A stretch of DNA of 64,000 nt, from assembly GCA_973851085.1 (NCBI GenBank), contig OZ316775.1, positions 16,306,001-16,370,000 of the forward strand, given 5' to 3'. A program made the position numbers and the translations under genes. Of the stretch, positions 52,428 to 64,000 are shown piece by piece. The stretch's first letter is position 1; every line of letters starts with the position of its first letter. The notes under the pieces are model-generated. The model saw only the letters and a program-made list of their open reading frames with translations. It did not search any database and was not told where the DNA came from. The stretch comes from Ptychomitrium polyphyllum (lineage: Eukaryota).

Positions 52428-53144
52428 TCAGAAGCTTTGCCACCGCGAAGCTCTGACCTTGTAAACTGGTATTGCAACGCGATTACCTGCAGCGCAAGAG
52501 CACGAGACGAACATGACCTCCCACCACTGGTTCAGATCTACAAAGACGCCGAAGGGGATATTGATGAATGGGATGTAGAGTGGAAGTATTGATGGGTGGA
52601 AGCGCTTCGAGATGCCGAAGTAGAGTGACAACGACACTGCAAAAACGGTACGCCAGCGCAGAACCAAATACTCAAAGGCCACCCCTGCAACTCCCACTGC
52701 ATGTCTCCCAGCAACTCGCAACCAGAAACGAGCTCACCACCGGCCTTGTCAGATTGCTGATGAATAACCACTAGACTTGCAGAACCTCGTAGAATTGCGA
52801 CGACACGAGGGGCGAATACACATCCTCATTGAAGGCGACGAATCCTGGTTGCTGGAGATGTGTGCACCAATTGTCAAAAACTCTGGAAATCCGACGAAGG
52901 CAAAGACCGCAACAATGGCGAATATCGCGTGCCAGTCGCTTGACGCATCCTTCGCACCAGCTCGTCCTTTTCGCACTCTGAGCTTCATGACCAGTTGCCA
53001 GTCGCTCACCTTGTGGAAGATCCACACGTAAAAGAGGATCGCCGTCATCACCATGGCATCGTATAGTACGTGATCACCCCAAGTCATGGTGCAATATTCA
53101 TTAAAATTCTGCGATTCTGCCATCAGGTGCACCTCCAAGTGCAT
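52428..53144 (-). pseudogene. Possible frameshifted fragment of a polytopic membrane protein
   Basis: GC-rich block with hydrophobic helix-like segments in overlapping frames (AILFYVWIFH, WHAIFAIVAVFAFVGFPEF, LPLYIPFINIPFGVFV). No family recognised. Confidence 0.3.
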
Positions 53145-54257
53145 TTTCCCGGTAGCGCACCAGGGCCTCAGATGCGATTCCCTGTGTCAATCCCCTGTGA
53201 GTCTCAGTTTTTCCTGTGATCCTCAGTTTTTGACACCCATACAAAATCACGTGCTTAAGCTCTCCTGCTTTGACGACGGAATTTTCAGCAACTGTCAAGG
53301 TTTGAGGTTCGTCGGGGAACAGTGAGACTCACTGATAATCATCATAGGGAAATCATTTTTGGTTTCCTGTGGCGGGGAAGTAGATGCCGTTTGCGAGAAT
53401 CTGCAACTCTGAAGCGCGGGTCTTGACGGATACTTTGAAGGAACGTGGTTGCATCGGAGAAGTACCAAAGGTCGTTTTCGTTTAGAATTTCAGGCTTCTG
53501 GTTAACCCATCTTTGTGAGAAGAATCCTGAAGATCTAGTCTTCTAATTTGAACTTATAACCCTCAGTACAAGAGCCCACGGCCAGCATTTCTACCTCGTC
53601 GACGTCGGGAGGGGACGCACCGTTGTCCTAAAGCCTGGTGCTGTTGAAGGAGAGCATGGGCGCCGTGGTGTTCCAGTTGCATCTCTTTCCTAGTGGTGGA
53701 TCAGAATTTGGAAAAGTTGCTGATCCCGGAATACCTTTGTCAATAGTACTGATATGGTGAAGTGCTAACCTGGCTTCCACCATCGCCATGGCTTTTCGGG
53801 TCTCATTGTGCAGGTAAAGGTGTTTCTGATTGACATGCAGCTCCACGGGATCAACTGAAAAAAATTCTTCATGGAAATACACCTTCCATCGACGACACCA
53901 TCGTCACTAGCACTGTGATGAGATTCGCGGGCAACGGGAGGGGTGATTTGGGCTGAGCACGGGTGGAGGTAATTCAACGGGGTCGCGTGAAGGAGACAGC
54001 TTCGAAGCGAAAACCTTGTACTCATGCTGATTCTACTGCAAGCGAGCTGGAAATATACTTCGAAGGTTGCGGTCGATCGATCTATCGATGTAACTATGGA
54101 AATTTCCTGATAATTCATTCTAATCTGAGATTGGAGCTTGCAGCTGATAGTAATGCCCACGCAGTTTTCCAGGACTGATTTGCCTCAAAGGATGCCAATC
54201 ATGCACATAGACAAGAAGAATCTACTGGTTGGCCATCTAATTCCACCAGCTCCAGTG

Positions 54258-54316
54258 CAGGTACTATGTACGATACTATGTACAGGTACTATGTGGAGGT
54301 ACTATGTACGGTACAG
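54258..54316 (+). repeat. Imperfect 12-13-bp tandem repeat (ggtactatgtac, about 4 copies)
   Basis: caggtactatgtacgatactatgtacaggtactatgtggaggtactatgtacggtacag. Confidence 0.75.
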
Positions 54317-57300
54317 AAAACAATCATGTACAGTTCAGATATTGCCGACAACGTCTCTACAGTGACGATCTGTCTGCAAATTGATTGCAACCGGCTGATT
54401 GGGAAGCGTCAGGGTAAGAGCTTGGTTTAAGAGAAAATTTGTAGTTACATCGTTGAAGAGGATGACATCAGGAAAATCATGATTCAGGAATCGGGTGCTG
54501 TGTAACAGGGATCATGACTGTCCACTATAGCACCGTATTCAAGCTACTTTCGGAGATAAACTGACTTAACCAACGAGGTATGTCGACCAGTGAGATCGTT
54601 AGATGCAGAGTAGTGTTGAAGTGGAGGTACACCCAGAGCGGTCATGTGCACCAAAAATCTCGGCACAACACCAGAAGTATCTTGAGAGGCTATGGAGGAA
54701 TCAAACTTATCAAAAATCGTCCCAGCTTTGTGAATTATGGGCTCAAAGACCGTTTTCTGTTCACAGGCAACCTTACAATATTTACATCGGATCGAGGGTC
54801 CAACAAAGTGGTAGAATAGTTGCTGAAATCTTCTGATTGTCAAACTGGAAATATTCATTTCAAGTTTGAGCAACTGTTTTGCCCGTTTTCTAAAACCATC
54901 AACCCTTTATGGCCTTCAACTCATAACAGTGTTTAACGAGGGGGAGACCCTTGAAAGAGGGAACAAAGGGTTTTAGCTCCTTTGATTCCAAGGTGACTAG
55001 TTACCTTCAAAAAAAAAAAATATTATGTAGGTAGGCTTTACATTAAAATAATACTTTGATTAAGTTATTATTTAAGAGGATGTAAATTCTACATGCTTGT
55101 GAGTTTTTACTAAGGTTTTCCCTTAAGAATTTTAAAATACTTTCTCTTTTTTATTTTTGAAACAACTTTTGAACATATTTTGAATCTTTTAAATCTTTGT
55201 GCTCAATTTCAAAAAATCCATTACAAATACAAAATCAAATACTAAAATGTATCCAAAATATCTAAAAATTCTTATCATTATATCTTTATTTCAATATATC
55301 ATTAACTCATGAGATCACTAAATCATAAAATAATAATTTACTTTAATAGTCTTATTCGTTTTAGTCATCATATGTTGTAAATTAAACAAACTAGTTTTTA
55401 AAGATTTTTGAAAATATGAAATAGCTACATTTTCTTTTAAGATCTCTTTTTCTTCAAAGGATATATATTAATATTTGAAAGATAAATCATAACCAAAAGT
55501 AACATTATATTGTCTATTCAATTACCTACACCCATTACAAATTATATTATGTTTTGGTGTTTTTGAATGATAAAAAGTCAAAAAGTTTTCAAAGGATGTA
55601 GGATGACAAAATCCAATCAAATACTTTGTTGCATAATGGGATTGAGTTTTGAACTTATATTTTGTGCCACCATGTAGTTTGATGTTCAAAAGCTCATCAT
55701 CTTTTTGTGGCACCATATAAATCAGCCATAGAAAGAAGCACTCCGCTCTCTTCCTAGAAGGCAAACCGTTCCATTGCAAGAAATTTGGTATCTCTCGATG
55801 AGTAATCCAACATCTGTCTATTCATCACAAGCCACTGTTATACCACATGTAATGTCAAGAAATATTTGTTCCATTGGTTGAGAGACGCACATGAACTCTG
55901 TACTTTTCCAAAATCAAATTCACACAGTTCTTTCCTCTCTGTTACATTAAATGTAGCGATGGCCACACAACAATGCAGCATGCGCAACAATGCCACAAAT
56001 GGATTCTGCAAAGACCTGCAAGTGCAGTGCGTACCGCTCAAGTGCATGCCAATCTGTATACTGGCCCACGCACAAGCTAAACTGGAAGCACCTGCCACAA
56101 TTTACATCTCCAGAGGTTCCTCAATATCATGGCTCAGCAACTTCCCCACCGATGGCTCCATACCGCAGTTCCCTTGGGTGGAAGTCGACTGAATACCTCC
56201 TAGATAACTCTACAGTGAGTATGATCGTGGGATCTAGAATATCAAGTAGATCAGGAAATACACTGAGGACGACTTATTGGCCAGCGTGCAGAGCTGAATG
56301 AATGTGAGTCGGTCTCCAGGACGGCGACATGGTCATGTTTAGATCTTCATGATTTGCGGAATATTAATGGATTAAGCCAAGTCGACGTATTCTGCAGTGT
56401 TTGGGACGTGATACTAGTTGGGGTGGGAGGATGTTGGTGATGAAGATTCAGGCGTATGAGTCGTGTGCGCATGTCGATACAGTTGGTTTTCGATGCGGTT
56501 CGGTTGTATGGGGGTAGTGATGTTATCCTTGGGAATGGCCAGGGCTTGTGGAAGTGTGCTTCTTGTTCATGCGGAGGGGAAACCTTTCTTACTGGAGCAA
56601 GTGGAAGTCATGTATTATTTGAGGAGTCTCACATGCGAAGAGCCCCAGGATCAAAAGCTTACTAAGCTTACTCTGACATCTTACACAAAGAATATTTCTA
56701 GAAGTTATATTTCGACTACATAAACCTAGGACAGGAAGATCTAGAAGAGGAACGGTTTGATGAAGATCAACCTGAGGAATTATTCAAACTTCCTCAAGAT
56801 TATTGTTGTCGGTTCTGTGAGAAACGATGACCATTGAAGCCAGTGTTAATGATCTCGTCGGCATGATCACATGCACGAAACTTCTTCCCGAATGTTTGCT
56901 TTTTCTTGACATACAGGACATTTGACAGCGCTTTGAGAACACTACGGAATGCCGAGAATATAGTTGAGGTCAACGTTGAGCACAGTTTGTTGGAGCAGCA
57001 ATTAAATTATATTCAGATACGAGTGAGCTGAGCTGAGGTTTTAAATAGCAATACAGTATGCAATTTTGAGGATATCATGTTTTTGATTTCTCTAAATTCT
57101 TTCAACCCCTGATGGAATATTTTTGAGTTATTGTAAATTTCAATATATTGATTATTGCAAGAATGAAATTGTACGTTTTTTATTAGCTGAGGGCAATTCG
57201 GACCTGATGCATTACCCTTGTCTGGAGTTTTGGATCATTCTGATGTATAGTATGGGAGGGAGTTTGATTTGTTTGTCTGTTTGTCACAGTACCTGACACC

Positions 57301-58617
57301 TCAGACTGTAATGGGGCGTTCATGGTGAAAGCTCTCAACAAGAGATGCACATTGAAAATTTCACAAGCTTTGAGATAGTTATTAAAATTTAAGGTATTTT
57401 CAATTCTAAAAAGTTACAAATGAAAAGTTACAAAAGATTTCAAAATTTCAAAAACTTAAAAATTTCTTCGGATTTTCGGATTTTCGGATTTTCACCATAC
57501 AAGTGAAGGTATAATGAAAATTTTAGTTATGATCGTTTATTAGAAGTATACAATATCAATACGTATTAGTAGTTCTTTATAGTTGTTACTTCAAACACAT
57601 TTTAAAGTTTGATCTCGGATTCTTTCCTTGAGTTCTCAATTCATGTAATGTAACTAGTTGCCGGTTCTACCTGTTCATTGGCACCATGCTGGGGCCATTG
57701 GCCCAAAGTACATTATAGTTATATGTTTGACAGTAAGTAAATTTGAACTAGCATACCAGTCACATGTTAGATATGCCACTTCTGGACGAAGATTCTAATC
57801 ATTTCTTTAGATGGGATTCTTCAAAATGAATATTGTGAAAGGTTTCTTTAAACTAAAACAAAAATCCCCAAAATTGTGCCACCTATGTTTAAAAGGTGTA
57901 CTTTTCAGAGGGGCTGAGCTTGGACGGGCACCCAACGTGTCGATCGTTCTCGTTTAGTGTTGAATCATTAGTTCAACATTTTGTACCATCTATTTCCATA
58001 TCTCCCATACATTTTAACGGATACGTACTGTTGACACTAAGACAAGCGTCATTACATTTGATTCACCTACATTTTCAAAGGTTGTTTGATCGTCAAGACC
58101 TTCAAAGAGCTGTTGACTCTTCTTAGTAGGCTACAGCAGGCCTACGAACAGATCTTATGTAGACATTGAACAAAATGGTGACATACTCCTTGTTCGACAT
58201 CAAGAACTAGACACAGCTTGCACCGTCGTCTCGTAAAGAATTCCAACATGTTTACGCATTATGGCAAGAAGATTACTTCAAACATTATGAACTCCAGGTT
58301 CTCAGCATCTGATCTCCAACCGAGGCGAGCGACTGTGTCGAGAACACACCGTTGGCAACATGCTCCAACGGCGTGTGGAACCCTACCGTCTTCATTTCTG
58401 CAGTATGCCTGACTTCCATCCCGTTTTTGGATCTTAGATATACAAAACAATTTCCTCGGGCAAGCACAGAAAATGATGAGCGGAATTTTAAATGTGAGAA
58501 CTGAGACGTCACATCCAATGCGACGGTAGTACCCTTCAAAGGCATCTGATACAGCCTTCGACTGGGATCTAGGTCTTATTAGGATCAATGCAAAGTAGTA
58601 GAATATACAGATAATCT

Positions 58618-59572
58618 TCAATTTGACTGATCTTCCTCGAAGAGCTTCGGCAAAGAAAGTCCAACTCTGTTTGCAGTATCTTTTAAGCGAACTGATTGCT
58701 CTGCTTCCCTATCTACACCAATGTTGTAGGATGTAAGAAGATCCTGCAAGAAAAAAACCAAGAAATAGGTAAGAATGTACAGAGAGGTGATGGCCATCAA
58801 AAACCCTATCTGAAACCAATCTCTTCAAAATTCAAAGCGCTTCAGAAATTAGTACCAATCAAGAGGATATCCCTCTCCAAGGCTTGAAGCCACAGCCAGA
58901 TGAGAGCCGAAACAAATCAGATCTACCGAGGGAAAGAGGCGGTCAATGTAGCACTGCGTTCTACACCCCTTGTGAGGAAACGCTCAGTAGGGGCTCTAGC
59001 AAGTGCACTTCTCATACGCAAAATAAAAAACACGATAGCTTTTAAAACGATATAGTGGTGTCATTTAACTCAGCATCTCATTAAAGAGAAGAGAGGTGAT
59101 AAAACGCCACATCATTCTGCGAGTTCGTTCAGCCGAAGGACCCACCTAAAACGGGACCTGCGGATAGTTATGAACTCATATCCAAGAGCCAAAAGCATCA
59201 CCACAACACAGAAGACTCAAATCAAAAACCACTGCATCCTGCAGTGACCTCATCCACATCAACCAAAACCTCAAAACCAAAACCGAGCCTCCCCAGCAAC
59301 TACCTACTCCGCCAAATAAAACTCAAACAATTCAGAACCGCGTCAACACGGAAAACGAAAAAACAACTAAATACCTTGTGCGCGTGTACGCTCTTGACAA
59401 GATATGTATAATCCTTAGCTAAAGAAATATTCTTCTGCAAAGCGTCTGCATCTTTCGATGCGACGCTGTCACGGAACTTCTGGCAAATGTAGTCACTAAA
59501 ATGGTCCCCCTTGGCATGCTTCCGGACCGTTTTCAGCATATCTCGGTACACATGTAGTGGCCGCGTCGCCAT
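58618..59572 (-). CDS. Small mitochondrial LYR-motif protein, FMC1-like, 107 aa, 2 exons
   Basis: Exons 59572-59375 and 58743-58618 join in frame: MATRPLHVYRDMLKTVRK...FR...YLVKSVHAHK|DLLTSYNIGVDRE...ANRVGLSLP. VYR-x-ML is an LYR variant and the C-terminal VGLxLP is FMC1-like. Confidence 0.85.
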
Positions 59573-59705
59573 CACTTCAAACTCCCAGCAAGATTCTTAA
59601 AAACAAGGGTTCGTGAAAACCCTCGAGCACGATCGTTGAGCTTCAAGAGGAAGGCGATGAGCTTTTATGTTGGATGAAGATCTTTCAAGGTCGACTCTCT
59701 TGTCA

Positions 59706-59736
59706 GCCCTAGCCCTAACCCTAATCCTAACCCTAC
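59706..59736. repeat. Telomere-like hexamer run in the LYR gene promoter or 5' UTR
   Basis: gccctagccctaaccctaatcctaaccctac. Confidence 0.6.
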
Positions 59737-59878
59737 TTCCACGGCTACAATACTGAGATCCAATTTGTACATCTGCCAACGTACCCGTTTCTATACCCTG
59801 GTCGAGATCCGACCTAGTAACTTGATCGAGAACCGTTCGGGTAACCTGGTCGAGAATCCTTTCGGTTTGTTAGATACC

Positions 59879-59957
59879 GGTTGAGTTGCAGGGCTTGATA
59901 GGGTTGAGTTGCAGGGCTTGATAGGATTGAGTTGCAGGGCTTGATAGGGTTGAGTTG
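59879..59957 (+). repeat. 23-bp tandem minisatellite, 3.4 copies
   Basis: ggttgagttgcagggcttgatag three times (one mismatch) plus a partial copy. Confidence 0.9.
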
Positions 59958-62581
59958 AACCTTGTTAATTGGACACTTGTTTTCATTAAAAGAGACTTTT
60001 GCACAACTATACTTTTTTAATTCATATGTGTCACTATAAAGTATGATAATATAATATTTGAAACTTTGTCATATTATATAAATATATTTCATCTAATACA
60101 TTACGTTTTTATACAAAGAAGACAAATTTCATTTTTATGTGATAGATAACCACGTGAAATTTACAAGGAATTATAATGAATCATAATGCAATAATACAAT
60201 ATCTTGTTGATACAACATTATTTGTGTTTTTGAAATATGTTGTATTAAAGATAAAAGTAGTGTTGTGATTGTTGTATGAATGTGCCCATTGGAAATGCAT
60301 ACTAATACCAAGATCATTTTTGGAAAGAATAAATTTTATTTCATAAATTTTTTGACTAACTTGTAAGTAATGTTTATAAGCTTTATAGATTTTATGAAAT
60401 GATATTTTTGCATCCATATAATTCTATTAATTTTTGATATAGTGACAATTTTTGTATTAATCCTTCAACATGATTTTATTAATTTGGTTGAAAATTATTT
60501 AAAATATGTTATAAATATTGTACCAAAGGCTTGATACCATAGTATACATTAAATATTGTAAAATACAGAATATAAATATGTAAGGGGTGCCGTTATACCC
60601 AAACAAAAATTAATCTAAAATCAGAATGTTTTATCAAAAACCTATACTTGAGTGGAAAATATCTATAAAAATTGTAGATAGTATCATTAAATTGTTAGAT
60701 TTGTATATCATCCATAATATCTTTGGAGATTTTTTGACTGATTGCATACGTTTGAACTTTAAAGTCCAATATGATGGCAATGATATAGATACCAAAAAGT
60801 TCAAATGATTCATTTCTCAAACATCAAGTTGTCTTCTATATTTTCAATATGTGGACAATATGAGTTTGTATTAAGCTGCTATTAATGGCATATATTCAAC
60901 ATTATTTCTATAATTTCTTGCAATACATCTATAAAAGTATTTTTTTGCTTGTGTTGATCAAAATTTAGGATTTGGAATTTAAGGAGTATGTTTAAGGGAA
61001 ATATTATAGATTCTAAAAAGGCATTCTTGCAAAGTTTATTCTTGAAATCATTAAGGTACAAGTCATGGAATGAGGGTATTATAAGATAAGTTCACATAAC
61101 TTGTGTATTTAAAAGGACAAAATGAAAACTAATTATTCATATAAAACAAAGTATTTTACCTAGAACCAAGTAGGATAATGATTGCTCCTATTTCTTTTAA
61201 CACATGTTGAGCTTTGTAGACATCAAGGTAAAGTAGTGGTCTTCATTTCCTATAAGAGTTTTTGATTAGGCTACAAAGTGGAAAGTTGGTTCATGGCAAC
61301 AAATAACAATTTTGTTTGTAAGAAGGTAGCCAATGGTCCAACTTACTTAACCTAAACTTTTGGAATCACTAAGCATTATAATTCTAAATTCATGAATGTT
61401 TTACACACATTCCTTTGTGTTGATTCCAAAAAAATCTGCAAGTTTGTCATGTTGGTAAAAGCTACAATCAATGGCTTCTAATTTAAGATTAAGACATGTC
61501 GTATTTCTACACCCTTTGGTATAATCCTCATGCACCCAAAAGCATCCAAAAGCATTGTAGTATGACTTTTTATATTGCATTCTAAGTTTTATTATTGTGG
61601 AAATGGTTTCTAAGAAATGTTTGCTATTATATGTCACAATTTGCAAGTGGATTATACATCGTTGTAGCATGAATAAGAAAATAAAATAATGTAAGACTAA
61701 AATAATGTAAGTGCAAAAAATTGAACAAGTGCATTTTGTGACAACTTAAATACAGCTGACAAGCACCTAATCTTCATACCTAAACTCTAAACTCCAGCAG
61801 CTTTGCCTAGCCTACTCCAAGTCTATCCTGCAAGAGTAACATAACAACCGTCAGAAAGAAAAGAACATCACTAGAAAATAAGACAACAGAAATGATAAGC
61901 AACAAAAACAATGACAACAAACTTGAGGTGGGGAGAGTAAAGGGAGAAGAGCAATACCTTTGGGAGCACGCAAGCAACAACACAGGCGAAAAAGGACAAA
62001 GGAACAGAAATATCCTTTTTCATGGTACCACACCTAGACCGTCCCGTTAAAAATAACAGGAAAGGACAAAGCAAGACCACAATTGTATCAAAAATCAGTC
62101 TTCAGAAGAAATGTTGTAAATAGGCATCCATGTCACTGAACTCATTAAGAATATTTTACAGCTCCCTTTGCCAGATGCTTACATATAGAGAAGGCCATAT
62201 ATAAAAATCGAACCTCCAAAATTCACTCATTTTAACTCCCAATTATCTCAAAATTGCTTAAAACTCAAGTCCTGACCATCTCTACGACCAACAGAATAGG
62301 CGCGGAGCATCTCTTCAACCGGCATTTCTGAACCATGTCTTCATTAAGGACGCCGTTGTGTTGTACACTGAAAACGATGCCCCGGAACAGAAAGTGAAAC
62401 ACAACAATCACAACTGGAACTAACCTAACAAAACGTGGTTCAACTCGATAATCCTTAGTACCAAGATTCTGTTCCTACAAGTTGTGACTTTGTTGATGGT
62501 CGCTTGCTTCTGCAGCAGTACTACAAATGCTCTTATACCACTGGATGATGTATGCTTTGCAAGATCAGCCGCTCTGGGCGA

Positions 62582-63571
62582 CTAAGCATGATCATAATGA
62601 TGAAGCCTATATAGCAGGACTCTACCATCAGCCTTTCCAGCTGCAAAATAACCTCCTCCTGGACTGAAAGCCATGGAATGAACATACTGAAGAGGTGTCT
62701 TGGGAGTGGGCCAATTTGAAAACACTGTGTTAGAGGGAACATGAATCAGACGTAAGGCGTCCTTTTTCATTCGTGAACTAAGAGCCAGGATCTGCGAGTC
62801 AAAATTGAATCTCAAGTTATCAACAGAAGTTGTCAGGTGCATAAATGCCTTCAATGGCTTCCTTACGCCGCCAAGAAAACTCTCTCTATTGTACAAGTTG
62901 ACAACACCCATACTTGACCCCGTTGCAAAGAGCTTGCTATCAGATGACACCTGCAGTGCCGTGTTTTTCACACACCCTTCATCTGGCCCCCTGTGGATGC
63001 ATCTTCGAGACCTTAGATCCCAGTGATAGACATCACCGTCACTTCCAATACTGAGCAATTCTTTTCCGTCTGCTGCAAATGAAAGGTTGCTGACACTACC
63101 TGTCAAAGACCTTAGTGTAAGCTGATTACCCGACGACGGTTGCAGTGGTTCAGAGTACTAGGATAGTTTCTACTGCCCAAATTACCATAAGAAGAAAAAA
63201 AAAACTACACCAAAGTGAAAACCACAAGTGCAAACCTTACAAAAGAAAACGACTTCCAACTTACCATTCATCTTCAAAGTGCCGATACATTGCCTAGAAC
63301 GCAGAGACGCCAAAATGATGTAGCCTTCATTACCAGTAAAGGCAAGAACCTTGCCATCAGGAGACACCGCAAACCTCTCTAAGCTCTTTTCTTCACGACC
63401 AACCATACAGTTCACCCTCTCCACCTTGCCACCTTGTAGGTCATACACATAGAAAAAGTTTCGTCTTCCTGCCGCTACTACTCCAGATCCATCTGGTATA
63501 AAAGCGGCCTTATAAATTGGAAAGTCTTGCAAGTATATGCCTTGTACCTTAGGATTTCTCTTGCCATCAAT
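62582..63571 (-). CDS. UTP18: U3 snoRNA-associated protein 18 homolog (WD40), last two exons; the 5' part lies beyond the window
   Basis: Exons 63571-63265 and 63099-62582. IDGKRNPKVQ...AGRRNFFYVYDL, TLKMNG|SV, KKDALRLIHVPSNTVFSNWP, FSPGGGYFAAG...LYRLHHY. Confidence 0.92.
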
Positions 63572-64000
63572 CTGCAAGCATGAAACAGTGCAGGTGAAGA
63601 CTAAAATGAAAAACTAAAATGTATAAACTAATCAAAGCAGCCGGAGTAAAGGCATACAACCAGTTGACACATGACTGCCAATTGGTGTAAAATGCCCATG
63701 CTTAGGTCGAACTGACCATGCACTCGAGGTGTATGCTCAACCCCAAACCTGAATCCTAAACCCAACCCTAGCTGACCAGAATGAACTACACAAAGAGCTC
63801 TGAAAGACTTAAAAATCAGTGAATCACATTCAAATATTTTACATAAAGAGACGAAACTTTAAACCCTAATGTTCAATAAACCATAAACCCTGCACCCTAG
63901 CTAACAGAAATTTCAGACGACTGAATCCTCTCCGTAACCTCAAAATTGCATTTCTACGAGAACAATGCTTGAACAAAAATTCAACGATGCAACCGAGGAC

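Noticed and set aside
55838..57030. Cys-rich short ORFs on both strands
   Set aside because: No recognisable metal-binding spacing or exon structure.
59879..59957. 23-bp direct repeats as a CRISPR array
   Set aside because: The units are contiguous with no spacers, the context is eukaryotic and there are no cas genes.
60560..61670. Possible decayed LINE reverse transcriptase (QYVDN at ~60846)
   Set aside because: Too degenerate and AT-rich, and the spacing to other candidate motifs does not fit.

Overview
This is eukaryotic nuclear DNA with GT-AG introns, gene islands and AT-rich spacers. Gene content and the Tcn1-like chromovirus suggest a moss such as Physcomitrium (inference). Supported genes: UCH3-type deubiquitinase (+), an intronless two-domain methyltransferase (+), a GH28 polygalacturonase (+), a DJ-1/PfpI protein of bacterial isocyanide-hydratase (InhA) type (-), a NAT11/12-type nucleobase-ascorbate transporter (-), a PMT-family methyltransferase (+), an FMC1-like LYR protein (-) and the 3' part of UTP18 (-). 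A decayed nested retroelement cluster spans about 32.4-43.2 kb. It holds two oppositely oriented copies of a chromodomain Ty3/gypsy family and the tail of a third element whose integrase ends in a PHD finger. Most interesting points: (1) both chromovirus copies lack an obvious tRNA PBS and instead show a co-varying 12-nt complementarity between the predicted transcript 5' end and the PBS (Tf1-style self-priming); (2) a well-preserved extra ORF lies between pol and the PPT; (3) the LTRs carry multi-unit heat-shock elements; (4) the PHD-finger integrase; (5) the InhA-like gene is a horizontal-transfer candidate. Exon boundaries were read by eye and no database searches were run.
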